A DNA stretch of 64,000 nucleotides from Myxococcales bacterium (GCA_045863395.1 BTVJ01000008.1:32001-96000), one strand, 5' to 3'. Shown: positions 19,317-28,972, counted from the first letter of the stretch. The notes: generated by a model not told the origin, from the letters alone. Translations and numbers: made by a program.

Positions 19317-21215
19317 ATGAGCGACCGCTTCTACGTCACGACCCCCATCTACTACGTCAACGACAAGCCGCACATCGGCCACGCCTACTGCACGATCCTC
19401 GCGGACGTCCTCGCCCGCTACCACCGGCTCTTCGGTGAGCAGACCTGGTTCCTGACGGGCGTGGACGAGCACGGCCAGAAGGTGCAGGAGGCTGCCCGCA
19501 AGCGGGGCATGACGCCGCAGGAGCACTGCGACGAGATGCACCAGCACTTCAAGCACGTGTGGCCGACCCTGCACATCGAGAACGACGACTTCATCCGCAC
19601 CACGGAGCCGCGCCACACGGCCATCGTCCAGCAGGCGCTCCAGCGGCTCTTCGACAAGGGCGAGGTCTACGAGCAGGTGTACCGGGGCTGGTACTCGACG
19701 TCGGTCGAGCGCTTCTGGGCCGAGGAGGAGCTGGTCAATGGCCGCTGCCCCGAGACGGGCAACGAGGTCGTCTGGATCGAGGAGCGCAACTACTGGTTCC
19801 GCATGGGGAAGTACCGGGACCGCCTCGTCGCGCACATCGAGGCGAACCCCGACTTCATCCAGCCCCCGAACCGCCGGAACGAGGTGCTGGGCTTCCTGCA
19901 GAAGGATCTCAAGGACCTGTGCATCTCCCGCCCCAAGGAGCGCTTGTCCTGGGGCATCGAGCTGCCCTTCGACCGGGACTTCGTGACCTACGTGTGGTTC
20001 GACGCGCTGCTCAACTACTGCAGCGCCATCGGGCTGTATGCGGATCCCGATCGGTTCCAGGCGTGGTGGCCCCACGTGCATCACCTGATCGGCAAGGACA
20101 TCCTGACGACCCACTGCGTCTACTGGACGACGATGCTCATGGCGCTGGAGCTCCCGCTGCCGCAGCGCATCGTGGCGACCGGCTGGTGGTTGACGGACAA
20201 CACGAAGATGTCCAAGTCGCTGGGCAACGTGGTCTCGCCCCTGTCGTTGAAGGAGAAGTACGGTCCCGAGGTGCTGCGGTACTTCCTGATGCGCGAGATG
20301 GTGCTCGGCCTGGACGCCAACTTCAGCGAGGAGGCGCTGGTCGCCCGCAACAACGCCGATCTGGCCAACGACCTCGGCAACCTGCTGAGCCGCGCGACCA
20401 AGCTGCTGGCCAAGGAGCCCCTGGATGGCCGGGTCCCGGTGCCGGGGCCCGTCCTCCCGGAGGACGAGGAGACGGTGACCCTCCTGCGTGGGCTGCCCGA
20501 GAAGGTGCGCGGCCTCGTCTGCGCCCTGAAGCTGCACGCCGCCCTTGAGGAGGTGCTCCAGGGGGTGCGCCGCCTCAACAAGTATGTCAACGACGCCCAG
20601 CCGTTCCGTCTGGTGAAGACGGACCCGGCCCGCGCCGGCGCCGTGCTCTACAACGTGCTCGAGGGCCTCCGGTTCGCGGCGACGCTGCTGTGGCCCGTGA
20701 TGCCCGAGAAGGCGGGCCACATCCTGGCGGACATCGGCTGGGCGGGGCCGCCCCCGGCCCTCACGTCCCTGACGTGGGGCGAGCTGACCCCAGGGGCCCC
20801 GGTCGGGACGACGCCCGCCCTGTTCCCGCGCTACGAGCTGAAGGTCGAGGAGGCCAAAGTGACCACGCCCGAGCCCGCCCCCACGGGCAAGCCGCTCATC
20901 GCCTACGCCGACTTCGCCAAGGTGGAGCTGCGCGTCGGCGAGATCGTCGCCGCCGAGGCGGTGCCCAAGTCCGCGAAGCTGCTGAAGCTGCAGGTCGACG
21001 TGGGCACCTCGGTGCGCCAGATCGTCGCGGGCATCGCCCAGTCCTACGCGCCGGAGCAGCTCGTCGGCCGCCGCGCCGTCGTGCTCGTCAACCTGGAGCC
21101 GCGCAAGCTGTTCGGGCTCCAGAGCGAGGGCATGCTCCTGGTCGCCGAGGACGAGGCCGGCCTGTCCCTGCTCACCCCCGAGCGCCCGGCGGCCCCCGGC
21201 GCAGAGATCGCCTGA
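19317..21215 (+). CDS. metG: Methionyl-tRNA synthetase with C-terminal tRNA-binding domain
   Basis: FYVTTPIYYVNDKPHIGH, GVDEHGQK, YVWFDAL, KMSKSLGN; C-terminal OB domain (DFAKVELRVG..RQIVAGI..SEGMLL). Confidence 0.98.
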   Translation: MSDRFYVTTPIYYVNDKPHIGHAYCTILADVLARYHRLFGEQTWFLTGVDEHGQKVQEAARKRGMTPQEHCDEMHQHFKHVWPTLHIENDDFIRTTEPRHTAIVQQALQRLFDKGEVYEQVYRGWYSTSVERFWAEEELVNGRCPETGNEVVWIEERNYWFRMGKYRDRLVAHIEANPDFIQPPNRRNEVLGFLQKDLKDLCISRPKERLSWGIELPFDRDFVTYVWFDALLNYCSAIGLYADPDRFQAWWPHVHHLIGKDILTTHCVYWTTMLMALELPLPQRIVATGWWLTDNTKMSKSLGNVVSPLSLKEKYGPEVLRYFLMREMVLGLDANFSEEALVARNNADLANDLGNLLSRATKLLAKEPLDGRVPVPGPVLPEDEETVTLLRGLPEKVRGLVCALKLHAALEEVLQGVRRLNKYVNDAQPFRLVKTDPARAGAVLYNVLEGLRFAATLLWPVMPEKAGHILADIGWAGPPPALTSLTWGELTPGAPVGTTPALFPRYELKVEEAKVTTPEPAPTGKPLIAYADFAKVELRVGEIVAAEAVPKSAKLLKLQVDVGTSVRQIVAGIAQSYAPEQLVGRRAVVLVNLEPRKLFGLQSEGMLLVAEDEAGLSLLTPERPAAPGAEIA

Positions 21216-21240
21216 CCCAATGAACAAGCTGGAGGACACC

Positions 21241-21759
21241 ATGGAGGAGCTGCTCAAGTCCCGCATCCGGGACGTCCCCGACTTCCCCAAGCCGGGCATC
21301 GTGTTCAAGGACCTGAGCCCCGTGCTGCAGGACACCGCGCTGTTCAACGGCGTCATCGACGCCTTCGCGGACCGCTACGCGAGCATGGACATCGACCGCA
21401 TCGTCGCCGTGGAGGCCCGCGGCTTCCTGTACGGGAGCGCGCTCGCCTACCGCATGAAGAAGGGCCTCGGCCTGGTCCGCAAGCCCGGCAAGCTGCCGTG
21501 GCGCACGGCGAAGCACTGCTACACGCTGGAGTACGGAGAGGACTGCCTGGAGATGCACCTGGACGCCGTGGAGCCAGGCCAGCGCGTGCTGATCGTGGAC
21601 GACCTGCTCGCGACGGGTGGCACGGTCAACGCGACCGCCAAGCTCGTCCAGGAGCAGGGCGCCCACGTGGTGGAGGCGGCCTTCGTGGTCGAGCTGTCGT
21701 TCCTGAGCGGGCGCGACAAGCTGAGCCCCGTACCTTCCTGGGCGCTGGTCAGGTACTGA
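21241..21759 (+). CDS. apt: Adenine phosphoribosyltransferase
   Basis: IRDVPDFPKPGIVFKD, EARGF, RKPGKLP, LEYG, VDDLLATGGT; GGAGG RBS before ATG 21241. Confidence 0.97.
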   Translation: MEELLKSRIRDVPDFPKPGIVFKDLSPVLQDTALFNGVIDAFADRYASMDIDRIVAVEARGFLYGSALAYRMKKGLGLVRKPGKLPWRTAKHCYTLEYGEDCLEMHLDAVEPGQRVLIVDDLLATGGTVNATAKLVQEQGAHVVEAAFVVELSFLSGRDKLSPVPSWALVRY

Positions 21760-21801
21760 GCCGGGGCGTCGGGGGGCTCCGCGCGGGGCACGGAGGGGGC
21801 G

Positions 21802-22587
21802 TCAGGCCCCCACGGACGGCCGCGCTGCGTGGGCCGGGGTGAAGAGGCCCCACCCATCCAGGGTCGCCTTGGCACCCCAGTGGGTCGTGTCGAGCTGCAG
21901 GGCGGTCACGGACACCCACCCATCACGGACGGCATTGCAGTCCGAGCCGGGGATGTCCCGGTAGGTGATGTGCTTGCCGCCGATCCACACGTACTCGCCG
22001 CCCCGCGGGTCCACGCGGCGCTCCACGTCTCCCGAGTAGTGCCGGATCCCCAGCGACGTGCTGAGAAACCCCCGGTGGCCGGCTTGCGGAGGCGGGATGT
22101 TCACGTTGAGCAGCGTGTCCTCGGGGATCCCGCGCGTGAGGGCCTCCCGCACGACGGCGTCGAGCGCGACGACTGCTCCCTCGAAGTCGTAGGGGCGGCG
22201 CCCGGTCAGAGAGAAGGCGATGGCCGGGACCCCCTGGATCACCGCCTCCCGCGCCCCCGCCAACGTGCCCGAGTAGATGACGTCGTAGCCCAGATTGGGC
22301 CCGTGGTTGACGCCGCTGAGCGCCAGCGCAGGGCGCTCCGTCGCCATGTGGTTGATCCCCAGGTACACGCAGTCCGCCGGCGTCCCGGTGACCGACCAGC
22401 GGCCCGCGCTGTGCTCGTGTACCCGCAGGGGGGCGTGCAGGGTGAGCGCGTGGCTGATGCCGCTCATCTCGTTCTTGGGCGCGACCGTCATCACGCGCCC
22501 ATAGCGCGCCGCGACGCGCTCCAGGACGTGGAGCCCCTCCGCCTCGATGCCGTCGTCGTTGGTCACGAAGATCAGGGGCTCCGCCAT
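21802..22587 (-). CDS. surE: 5'/3'-nucleotidase SurE
   Basis: VTNDDG, GTPADCV, SGVNHGPNLG..YSGT, LLNVNIP, VDPRG. Confidence 0.96.
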   Translation of the reverse strand: MAEPLIFVTNDDGIEAEGLHVLERVAARYGRVMTVAPKNEMSGISHALTLHAPLRVHEHSAGRWSVTGTPADCVYLGINHMATERPALALSGVNHGPNLGYDVIYSGTLAGAREAVIQGVPAIAFSLTGRRPYDFEGAVVALDAVVREALTRGIPEDTLLNVNIPPPQAGHRGFLSTSLGIRHYSGDVERRVDPRGGEYVWIGGKHITYRDIPGSDCNAVRDGWVSVTALQLDTTHWGAKATLDGWGLFTPAHAARPSVGA

Positions 22588-22588
22588 C

Positions 22589-22936
22589 TCAATCGCCTCC
22601 GGTGTCCTTGGTGTCCGGCGTCCCCTGGAAGGCGCAGCGGCCCTGGAGACACAGGAGCGGCAGCCCATCGCGGCGCTCGAACCGGCACTCGTCGCTCGTC
22701 GCGCAGGTCCCGGCCTCCTGGATGGTGCCGGTGCAGATGGTCCAGTCGTACTCCCCGGTCTTTGCGCACACCGTCGGGGGGCGGCAGTCCTCCTGGAAGT
22801 CGCAGGGCGCCCCCCGCAGCCCGCCGGTGGCGCCTCCGCCCAGCCCGTCGCTGCAAGCCGCCACGGTCGCGAGGAGGGTCACGAGGAGCGCGGCTCGTGG
22901 CAGTCGGTGGGCCGTCCAGTGGGGTCTGCCTCTCAT
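22589..22936 (-). CDS. Small Cys-rich lipoprotein
   Basis: Lipobox VAAC-SDG; eight further Cys in two short repeats; stop 1 bp before the surE start. Confidence 0.65.
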   Translation of the reverse strand: MRGRPHWTAHRLPRAALLVTLLATVAACSDGLGGGATGGLRGAPCDFQEDCRPPTVCAKTGEYDWTICTGTIQEAGTCATSDECRFERRDGLPLLCLQGRCAFQGTPDTKDTGGD

Positions 22937-23116
22937 GGGGGGCACCTATACCCAAAGCGGCGGCGCATGTCCACGTCCACGCGCTCCGGTGGGGAGCGAT
23001 GGCCCCACGGGTGGGGACTCGGCGAGCCCATGATCTCAAGGGCATGAATTCACGTCCAAATTCGCGTTGAACCCGCGCTGGCGCCGGGGACCAGCGCGCC
23101 CCGGTCCCGCGCGGCG

Positions 23117-23133
23117 GCAATTCGACAAATTGC
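23117..23133. promoter_or_regulatory. Palindromic operator candidate GCAATT-N5-AATTGC
   Basis: Perfect 6-bp inverted repeat in an AT-enriched intergenic region, 25 bp upstream of the sigma54 promoter. Confidence 0.4.
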
Positions 23134-23157
23134 TGTGAACTCGATGTGTTGCGACGT

Positions 23158-23173
23158 TGGCAGGCCCCTTGCT
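23158..23173 (+). promoter_or_regulatory. Sigma54 (-24/-12) promoter
   Basis: TGGCAGGCCCCTTGCT: GG-N10-GC with TGGCA and TTGCT consensus matches, about 50 bp upstream of the sigma factor ATG. Confidence 0.7.
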
Positions 23174-23225
23174 CTGTGGCCCGCCCGTCCGACGAGGAAA
23201 CCAACGCGACTTGAGGAGATTGAAG

Positions 23226-23882
23226 ATGACCCACGCCGCCGCCATCGACCCCGCAGCCTACATCCCCTTCGTCGAGTGCATCGCCGGTCGCGTCCACCGG
23301 GTCTACGGTGAGCAGGTCCCCCGCGAGGATCTCGTCTCCTACGGCATGCTCGGCCTCCTCGACGCCGCCAAGCGCTTCGAGCCCGCCCCCGACTTCGACT
23401 TCCCGCGCTTCGCCTACTACCGCGTCTTTGGCGCCATGCTGGACGGCACCCGCCGCTGGAGCACGGGCCGGGCCATCGCCCGGCTGCGGAACCGGGAGGA
23501 GGCCCGTGCCCGGGCCGAGGGACGCGAGCAGCCCCACCGCCCCGGCCGACCGGCCATCATGTCGCTGGTCACTCCAAAGGACGAGCACGCCGCTGAGGGT
23601 CGCGCCGGCTTCCGCGGCGAGAGCGGCGACAACCGCGCCCGCAACCCGGAGAGCGTCGTGAATCTGGGCGACATGGGCGAGGCGCTCCAGGAGCTGCTCT
23701 CCACGCTGGACGCCCAGGAGCGCCGGATCATCGAGCTGTACTACTTCGACGACGAGTCCTTCCGCGATGTGGCGCGGCAGGTGGGCATGAGCCCCTCCTG
23801 GCTCTGCCGCATCCACAAGGGCATCCTCGACAAGCTCCGCTGCCGCCTGGCGTCCCGGGGAATCCGCCGAGAGGCCGTCTGA
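23226..23882 (+). CDS. RNA polymerase sigma-70 family factor, FliA/WhiG-like
   Basis: Region 2 EDLVSYGMLGLLDAAKRF..FAYYRVFGAMLD; region 4 LDAQERRIIELYYFDDESFRDVARQVGMSPSWLCRIH; GAGGAG RBS. Confidence 0.88.
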   Translation: MTHAAAIDPAAYIPFVECIAGRVHRVYGEQVPREDLVSYGMLGLLDAAKRFEPAPDFDFPRFAYYRVFGAMLDGTRRWSTGRAIARLRNREEARARAEGREQPHRPGRPAIMSLVTPKDEHAAEGRAGFRGESGDNRARNPESVVNLGDMGEALQELLSTLDAQERRIIELYYFDDESFRDVARQVGMSPSWLCRIHKGILDKLRCRLASRGIRREAV

Positions 23883-23994
23883 CCCCACGAGCGATGCATC
23901 AGAGAATCGTTGCGCTTCATGGAGACCTGCGATAGGGTCACCGATCACCGGCGTCCAGCGGCCACCGCCCCACGGCCGCGCACCCGGCTCGGTG

Positions 23995-24300
23995 ATGATG
24001 GGCGTCATCCGACGAGCATTGCGGACCCTCAAGACGCTCCTGGCCGTCTCCATCGTCTTGTTTCTGATCGTTGGCGTGGCGGTGGTGGTCCTGGACCCGT
24101 CGGGCCCCGAGCACTGCAGCCAGCTCGAGCAGGATCTGGAGCGCCTGCGGACCGACAACCTGACCATCCAGAGAGCGAACGACCACCTGCAGCGGCAGAA
24201 CGACGCACTGCGAAACGACCCCCGCATGATCGAGCAGGTCGCCCGGGAGGAGCTGGGCATGATTCGGCCCGGTGAGGTGATCTACCGCTTCCAGCGCTGA
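23995..24300 (+). CDS. ftsB: Septum formation initiator FtsB/DivIC
   Basis: Single TM helix, coiled coil, and IEQVAREELGMIRPGEVIYRF signature. Confidence 0.85.
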   Translation: MMGVIRRALRTLKTLLAVSIVLFLIVGVAVVVLDPSGPEHCSQLEQDLERLRTDNLTIQRANDHLQRQNDALRNDPRMIEQVAREELGMIRPGEVIYRFQR

Positions 24301-24327
24301 CCCGTCGTGTCCTGCCAAGCCGCCCGG

Positions 24328-24768
24328 TCAGCCCGGGTAGGCGCCCATGATGTAGCTCTCCAGGATGCGCACGGTGTAGCTCAGGTCGTCCATGCGTGCC
24401 TTGACCACGTCACCGATGGACACGATGCCCACGACCCTGCCCTCGACGAGCACGGGCAGGTGGCGGACCCGCTTGTCGGTCATCAGCGCCATGCAGCCGG
24501 TGATGCTGTCCTCGGGGTGGACGTAGAGGACCCGGGGCGTCATGACGTCGCGGACCGGCGTCTCCCGCGATGAGCGCCCCTGGAGGATCACCTTGCGCGC
24601 GTAGTCCCGCTCCGTGAGGATGCCGACGAGCTGCTGGCTCTGCATGACGAGGACCGCGCCGATGTGGTGCTCGGACATGAGCGCGATGGCCTCGAAGACC
24701 GTGTGGTCCGGGCTGACGTGGTAGACCGTTCGCCCCTTCTTCTCGAGGATGTCTCCGACCTTCTCCAT
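24328..24768 (-). CDS. CBS-pair domain protein
   Basis: GILTERDYARKV, VRDVMT, RHLPV, GIVSIGDVVK; AGGAGG RBS. Confidence 0.93.
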   Translation of the reverse strand: MEKVGDILEKKGRTVYHVSPDHTVFEAIALMSEHHIGAVLVMQSQQLVGILTERDYARKVILQGRSSRETPVRDVMTPRVLYVHPEDSITGCMALMTDKRVRHLPVLVEGRVVGIVSIGDVVKARMDDLSYTVRILESYIMGAYPG

Positions 24769-24836
24769 GGATGTCCTCCTGCCGTTGTGGGGGAAACCTC
24801 TCCAACGTAGGCAGGCCGCGCACCAAGGCAACGGGG

Positions 24837-25598
24837 TCAGTAGACGAAGGGGATGACGGCGCGGCGCTCGGCGGGGTAGTCGGGGAAGCGGGACAGATAC
24901 CAGCGGTGGTGGTCTCGGGCCCGGGGAACCAGGTTGGCCGCCGTCCACAGGGCAAAGGCGAGGCCCGGCAGCGACCAGGTGGCGATGGCCCAGCCCGTCC
25001 ACTCCACGACCTCTCCGAAGTAGTTGGGGGAGGTGACCCAGCGGAAGAGGCCGCCCTGGGGGATCTTGTACCCGGTCTCCCCCGGCTTGCGCAGGTTCAT
25101 GAGGACCTGGTCCGAGTGCAGGTTGATGGCGAAGCCCACCAGGAACAGCGCGGCCCCCACCCAGAACCGTGGGTCGGCCAGCCAGGCGTCCGGGTAGCCG
25201 CCAGACAGATCGAAGAGCCAGCGGCCGTTGATGTAGCCGTTGACCCCGTTGAAGAGGACGCCGGACGCCATGACGAGCACGGGCATGCGCTTGCCCTGGC
25301 TGCGGATGCGCAGCGGGAAGATGAACGCGCGGTTCAGGTAGTGCAGCTCCCACAGCGCGAGCAGGACGACCGCCGTCAGGGTGCCGCTGTGCTCGCCCGT
25401 GAGCCAGAAGCCGAAGATCACGAGGGCCGCTGGCGCCTCCATGAGGATCCAGCCGAGGCGGTTGTCGATGGTGGGGCCCCAGCCCGAGCGCGCGTGGCGG
25501 CCGTAGGGCGCCGTCAGGAACAGCAGGACGGGGAACATGACGACCGACAGGGCGATCCACCCGAGGCCCACGGCGTGGTGCAGCGCGGCCTCGGTCAT
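24837..25598 (-). CDS. 3-oxo-5-alpha-steroid 4-dehydrogenase (steroid 5-alpha-reductase family)
   Basis: APYGRH, GWILMEAPA, HYLNRAFIFP, LRKPGETGYKIPQGGLF, PNYFGEVVEW, NLVPRA..HHRWY..FPDYP. Confidence 0.92.
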   Translation of the reverse strand: MTEAALHHAVGLGWIALSVVMFPVLLFLTAPYGRHARSGWGPTIDNRLGWILMEAPAALVIFGFWLTGEHSGTLTAVVLLALWELHYLNRAFIFPLRIRSQGKRMPVLVMASGVLFNGVNGYINGRWLFDLSGGYPDAWLADPRFWVGAALFLVGFAINLHSDQVLMNLRKPGETGYKIPQGGLFRWVTSPNYFGEVVEWTGWAIATWSLPGLAFALWTAANLVPRARDHHRWYLSRFPDYPAERRAVIPFVY

Positions 25599-26620
25599 GC
25601 GTCCACCTGGCCGGTGCGGGCGGGGAGGGCGCGCCACCCCTCCCGCAGGAAGCCCGCCTGCTCGAACCACGCGTAGACGTCGCGCACCGAGTCCTTGAAG
25701 GGGCGCGGCGAGTGTCCCAGCTCGCGCTCGGCCTTGGCGCCGACCACGACCCGGTTCTGCCGCAGCGCCCGCAGTGACGCGGACGTGTAGAGCGGTCGGC
25801 GGCCCGTCAGCGCCGACCACGCGGCGATCAGCGGCACGCTGGCCCGGGCGAGCCACATGGGGGAGACGAAGCGCGGCGTCCTGCGACCGGTCAGCTCGGT
25901 GACCGTGCGGGCGATGTCGGGCACGGAGACCCAGTGGCCGGGGAGCAGATAGCGCTCGCCGGTGCGTCCCCGGGTCTCAGCGGCCATGGCGCTCGCCACG
26001 ACGTCCCGCACGTCGACCCAGTTGAAGCCGCCGTCCACGAGCCCCGGAAGCCGGCCGTGCCACATGTCAAGGAACGCCTGCCCCATGGCGGAGATGCGGA
26101 AGTCCCCGGGGCCAATGACGCCGGAGGGGTTCACGATGACCGCGTCGAGCCCTCGCTGCACCGCCGCGAGGACCTCCGCCTGTCCCCCCGCCTTGCTCCG
26201 GTCGTAGACGGGGAAGTCGCCTCCGAGGGCCGGGGGGCGCGTCTCGTCCATGGGGACGTCTCGGGGTTGGTCGTCGAAGGCGTGGATGGAGCTGAAGTGG
26301 ATCAGGCGACGCACGCCGGTATCCAGAGCCGCCTGGCACACGTTTCGCGGGCCCTCGATGTTCGTGGCGAACACCAGCGCGGCGTCCGAGGTCCCCAGGG
26401 TGATGCGGGCCGCCAGATGGTAGACGACCTCGGCCCCAGCGAAGGCGCGCCGCATGGACTCGACGTCCCGGACGTCGCCGCGGACCCGCTCCACGTCCAG
26501 GCCCTCCAGGGCTGCGGCCTCGTCGTGCACCACGGCGCGCACGGTGCGGCCCGCGTCGAGCAGCGCGCGGGTCAGGTTCGCTCCGATGTGGCCAGAGGCG
26601 CCTGTAACGACGACGGTCAT
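25595..26620 (-). CDS. NAD-dependent epimerase/dehydratase (extended SDR; 3-beta-HSD/DFR/HpnA-like)
   Basis: VVTGASGHIG, HFSSIHA, YDRSK, VDVRDV; ATGA overlap with the reductase. Confidence 0.9.
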   Translation of the reverse strand: MTVVVTGASGHIGANLTRALLDAGRTVRAVVHDEAAALEGLDVERVRGDVRDVESMRRAFAGAEVVYHLAARITLGTSDAALVFATNIEGPRNVCQAALDTGVRRLIHFSSIHAFDDQPRDVPMDETRPPALGGDFPVYDRSKAGGQAEVLAAVQRGLDAVIVNPSGVIGPGDFRISAMGQAFLDMWHGRLPGLVDGGFNWVDVRDVVASAMAAETRGRTGERYLLPGHWVSVPDIARTVTELTGRRTPRFVSPMWLARASVPLIAAWSALTGRRPLYTSASLRALRQNRVVVGAKAERELGHSPRPFKDSVRDVYAWFEQAGFLREGWRALPARTGQVDA

Positions 26621-26780
26621 GGGTCTCCTCTCGGGTCTGGTCGCCAGGGCGCGTATCGTGCGCCAGCGACCAGGCCGCGTCAACCCGAATGGGAGTCCGG
26701 CAGGGAGGGGCGCCGATGTGCTCACCGGCATTGTCCCCACGATGCGGCCGGAGTATCCTGGCGCCCCGACGGAGGCAAAG

Positions 26781-27305
26781 ATGACGGAGAACCAGACGAC
26801 ACCCCGGTATGACGTGCTCCTGCTGTCAGAGAAGCCGGGCTTCCAGCTCACGGACGGCGCGGCGAGGGCGCTCCTTCGCTACATGATGGGCAAGCGGTGG
26901 GTCGGAGGCATCGAGGAGGCGGTCGCCCAGGAGTGGGCGGAGCTCTACCTGGCGCCCGGCCCCTCCTCCCATGAGATGTTCATGTCTGGGCCGGCTGACA
27001 CCGATGAGCCCGTCTTCGAGGAGATGGCGATCCGCTTCGGCAAGCGCACCGTCGAGCAGCCCTACGGTGGGACGGGCCCGCTGGCCTTCTACATGGAGCT
27101 GCGCGGCTGCCGCTTCAAGGAGCCGCGGGGCGTGTTCCGCAAGGCGATGCTCGACGTGCTCAACCTCCGGGTGCGGGCGGTGGTCCGCGACCACGAGCCC
27201 GCTCCGCCGCACGCAGTCGTCCCCGAGGACGAGCTGCCGGAGGAGGTGGTCAAGACGGACCGTCGCTCCGGCGGGGCCGTCGGCACGCGCGTCGAAGAGT
27301 TCTAG
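26781..27305 (+). CDS. Hypothetical protein
   Basis: GGAGG RBS, ATG 26781, GC3-biased codons; no recognised motif. Confidence 0.65.
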   Translation: MTENQTTPRYDVLLLSEKPGFQLTDGAARALLRYMMGKRWVGGIEEAVAQEWAELYLAPGPSSHEMFMSGPADTDEPVFEEMAIRFGKRTVEQPYGGTGPLAFYMELRGCRFKEPRGVFRKAMLDVLNLRVRAVVRDHEPAPPHAVVPEDELPEEVVKTDRRSGGAVGTRVEEF

Positions 27306-27333
27306 CCTCCCCCCTGGATCTCAGGACCTGGCC

Positions 27334-28875
27334 ATGACCCACTCCGAGCCGCAGGTCAAGCGCGAGGTGCCAGAGCTCCTGCTGCTCCACGAGATCGGGC
27401 AGATGCTCGATCGCAGCCTGGACCTGCGCACCGTGCTCCAGCCGGTGGTCAGCGCCATGGCCGAGCACATGGGCATGACCGCTGCCTCGTTGGGGCTCCT
27501 CAGCCGTGACGGGGAGTCCGTCGTCCTCGAGGCCACCTTCGGGCTCTCAGCGGAGGAGCGGCGCCGCGGGCGCTTTCGCCTCGGTGAGGGGGTCACCGGC
27601 GCCGTAGTGCAGACCGGGGAGCCCATCGTGGTCCCGCGGGTCACCGAGGACCCCCGGTTTCTGTTCAGGACCCGCGGCCGCCAACCCGCCGGCGCGTCCT
27701 TCGTGTGCGTGCCGGTCCGCAGCGGCAACGAGGTGCTGGGGGCGCTGAGCGCCGAGCGCCCGGCGGCTGCCGCGGAGGCCCTGGAGGACGAGGTCCGGCT
27801 CCTGTCGATCATCGCGTCCATGATCGCGCAGGCCGTGCGGCTGCGACGCTCGGCCGAGGAGCAGCGGCGGCAGCTCGAGGAGGAGAACGCGCTGCTCCAC
27901 GAGCAGCTCAAGGACCGCTTCCGCCCCTCGAACATCATCGGCAGCTCCAAGGCCATGTCCGCGGTCTACGACCTGATCGCCCAGGTCTCGCCCAGCGACG
28001 CCACGGTGCTGCTCCGCGGTGAGAGCGGCGTCGGGAAGGAGCTGGTCGCCCACGCCATCCACTACAACAGTCCCCGCGCCGCCAAGCCCTTCGTCCGGGT
28101 GAACTGCGCAGCGCTGCCCCAGTCGGTGCTGGAGAGCGAGCTGTTCGGGCACGAGAAGGGCGCCTTCACCGGCGCCCTGGCGCAGCGCAAGGGCCGCTTC
28201 GAGCTCGCCCAGGGCGGGACCATCTTTCTGGACGAGATCGGGGACTTCACGGCCCCGACCCAGGTGGCGCTGCTGCGGGTCCTGCAGGAGCGGGAGTTCG
28301 AGCGGGTGGGGGGCGTGACCACGCTGAAGGCCAACGTGCGCATCATCGCCGCCACCAACAAGGACCTGGAGGCGCTGATCGCCAGCGGGGCGTTCCGCGA
28401 GGACCTCTACTACCGGCTCAACGTGTTCCCCATCCACGTGCCGCCACTGCGGGAGCGGCGGACCGACATCCTGCTCCTGGCCGACCACTTCGTCGAGAAG
28501 TACGCTCGCGCCAACGGCCGGGAGGTCAAGCGCATCTCCACGCCGGCCATCGACATGCTGGTCAACTACCACTGGCCGGGCAATGTCCGTGAGCTGGAGA
28601 ACTGCATCGAGCGCGCCGTGCTGCTGACGAGCGACGGCGTGATCCACGGCCACCACCTGCCGCCCACGCTCCAGACGGCGGAGGCGAGCGGCACCGTGCA
28701 CAAGGGGCGCCTCCAGGAGGCCCTCGACACCCTGGAGCGGGAGCTGCTCGCCGACGCCCTCAAGACGGCCCGAGGTAACATGACCCGCGCCGCCCAGGCC
28801 CTCGACATCACGGAGCGCATCATGGGGCTTCGGGTGCGCAAGCACGGCCTCGACCCCCACCGCTTTCGCACGTGA
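27334..28875 (+). CDS. NifA-like sigma54-dependent activator (GAF-AAA+-HTH)
   Basis: GAF (GEGVTGAVVQTG), GESGVGKE, ESELFGHEKGAFTGA, FLDEIG, FREDLYYRLNV, WPGNVRELEN, Fis-type HTH. Confidence 0.93.
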   Translation: MTHSEPQVKREVPELLLLHEIGQMLDRSLDLRTVLQPVVSAMAEHMGMTAASLGLLSRDGESVVLEATFGLSAEERRRGRFRLGEGVTGAVVQTGEPIVVPRVTEDPRFLFRTRGRQPAGASFVCVPVRSGNEVLGALSAERPAAAAEALEDEVRLLSIIASMIAQAVRLRRSAEEQRRQLEEENALLHEQLKDRFRPSNIIGSSKAMSAVYDLIAQVSPSDATVLLRGESGVGKELVAHAIHYNSPRAAKPFVRVNCAALPQSVLESELFGHEKGAFTGALAQRKGRFELAQGGTIFLDEIGDFTAPTQVALLRVLQEREFERVGGVTTLKANVRIIAATNKDLEALIASGAFREDLYYRLNVFPIHVPPLRERRTDILLLADHFVEKYARANGREVKRISTPAIDMLVNYHWPGNVRELENCIERAVLLTSDGVIHGHHLPPTLQTAEASGTVHKGRLQEALDTLERELLADALKTARGNMTRAAQALDITERIMGLRVRKHGLDPHRFRT

Positions 28876-28914
28876 ATGTAGGACGCCGGGCCAGATCCTA
28901 CGAAGATGTAGGAT
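28876..28914. promoter_or_regulatory. Candidate enhancer (UAS): ATCCTAC-N6-GTAGGAT palindrome plus an extra ATGTAGGA half-site
   Basis: Perfect 7-bp inverted repeat at 28895-28914 and a third copy at 28876-28883, about 100-140 bp upstream of the -24 box. Confidence 0.6.
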
Positions 28915-28959
28915 GGCGCCGGCTTGTTGAAGCGAGATCTCGCATCAGATCAAGTCACT

Positions 28960-28972
28960 CAATTTGTTGAAA
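28960..28972 (-). promoter_or_regulatory. Candidate IHF binding site
   Basis: Minus strand TTTCAACAAATTG vs consensus WATCAANNNNTTR (1 mismatch), between the UAS and the sigma54 promoter. Confidence 0.5.

Noticed and set aside
19670..19760. MetRS zinc knuckle reduced to one Cys (YSTSVERF..RCPETG)
   Set aside because: Zinc-less knuckle variants are an established MetRS subtype.
27334..28875. Calling the activator nifA and inferring nitrogen fixation
   Set aside because: No nif structural genes in the window; the architecture alone does not imply diazotrophy.
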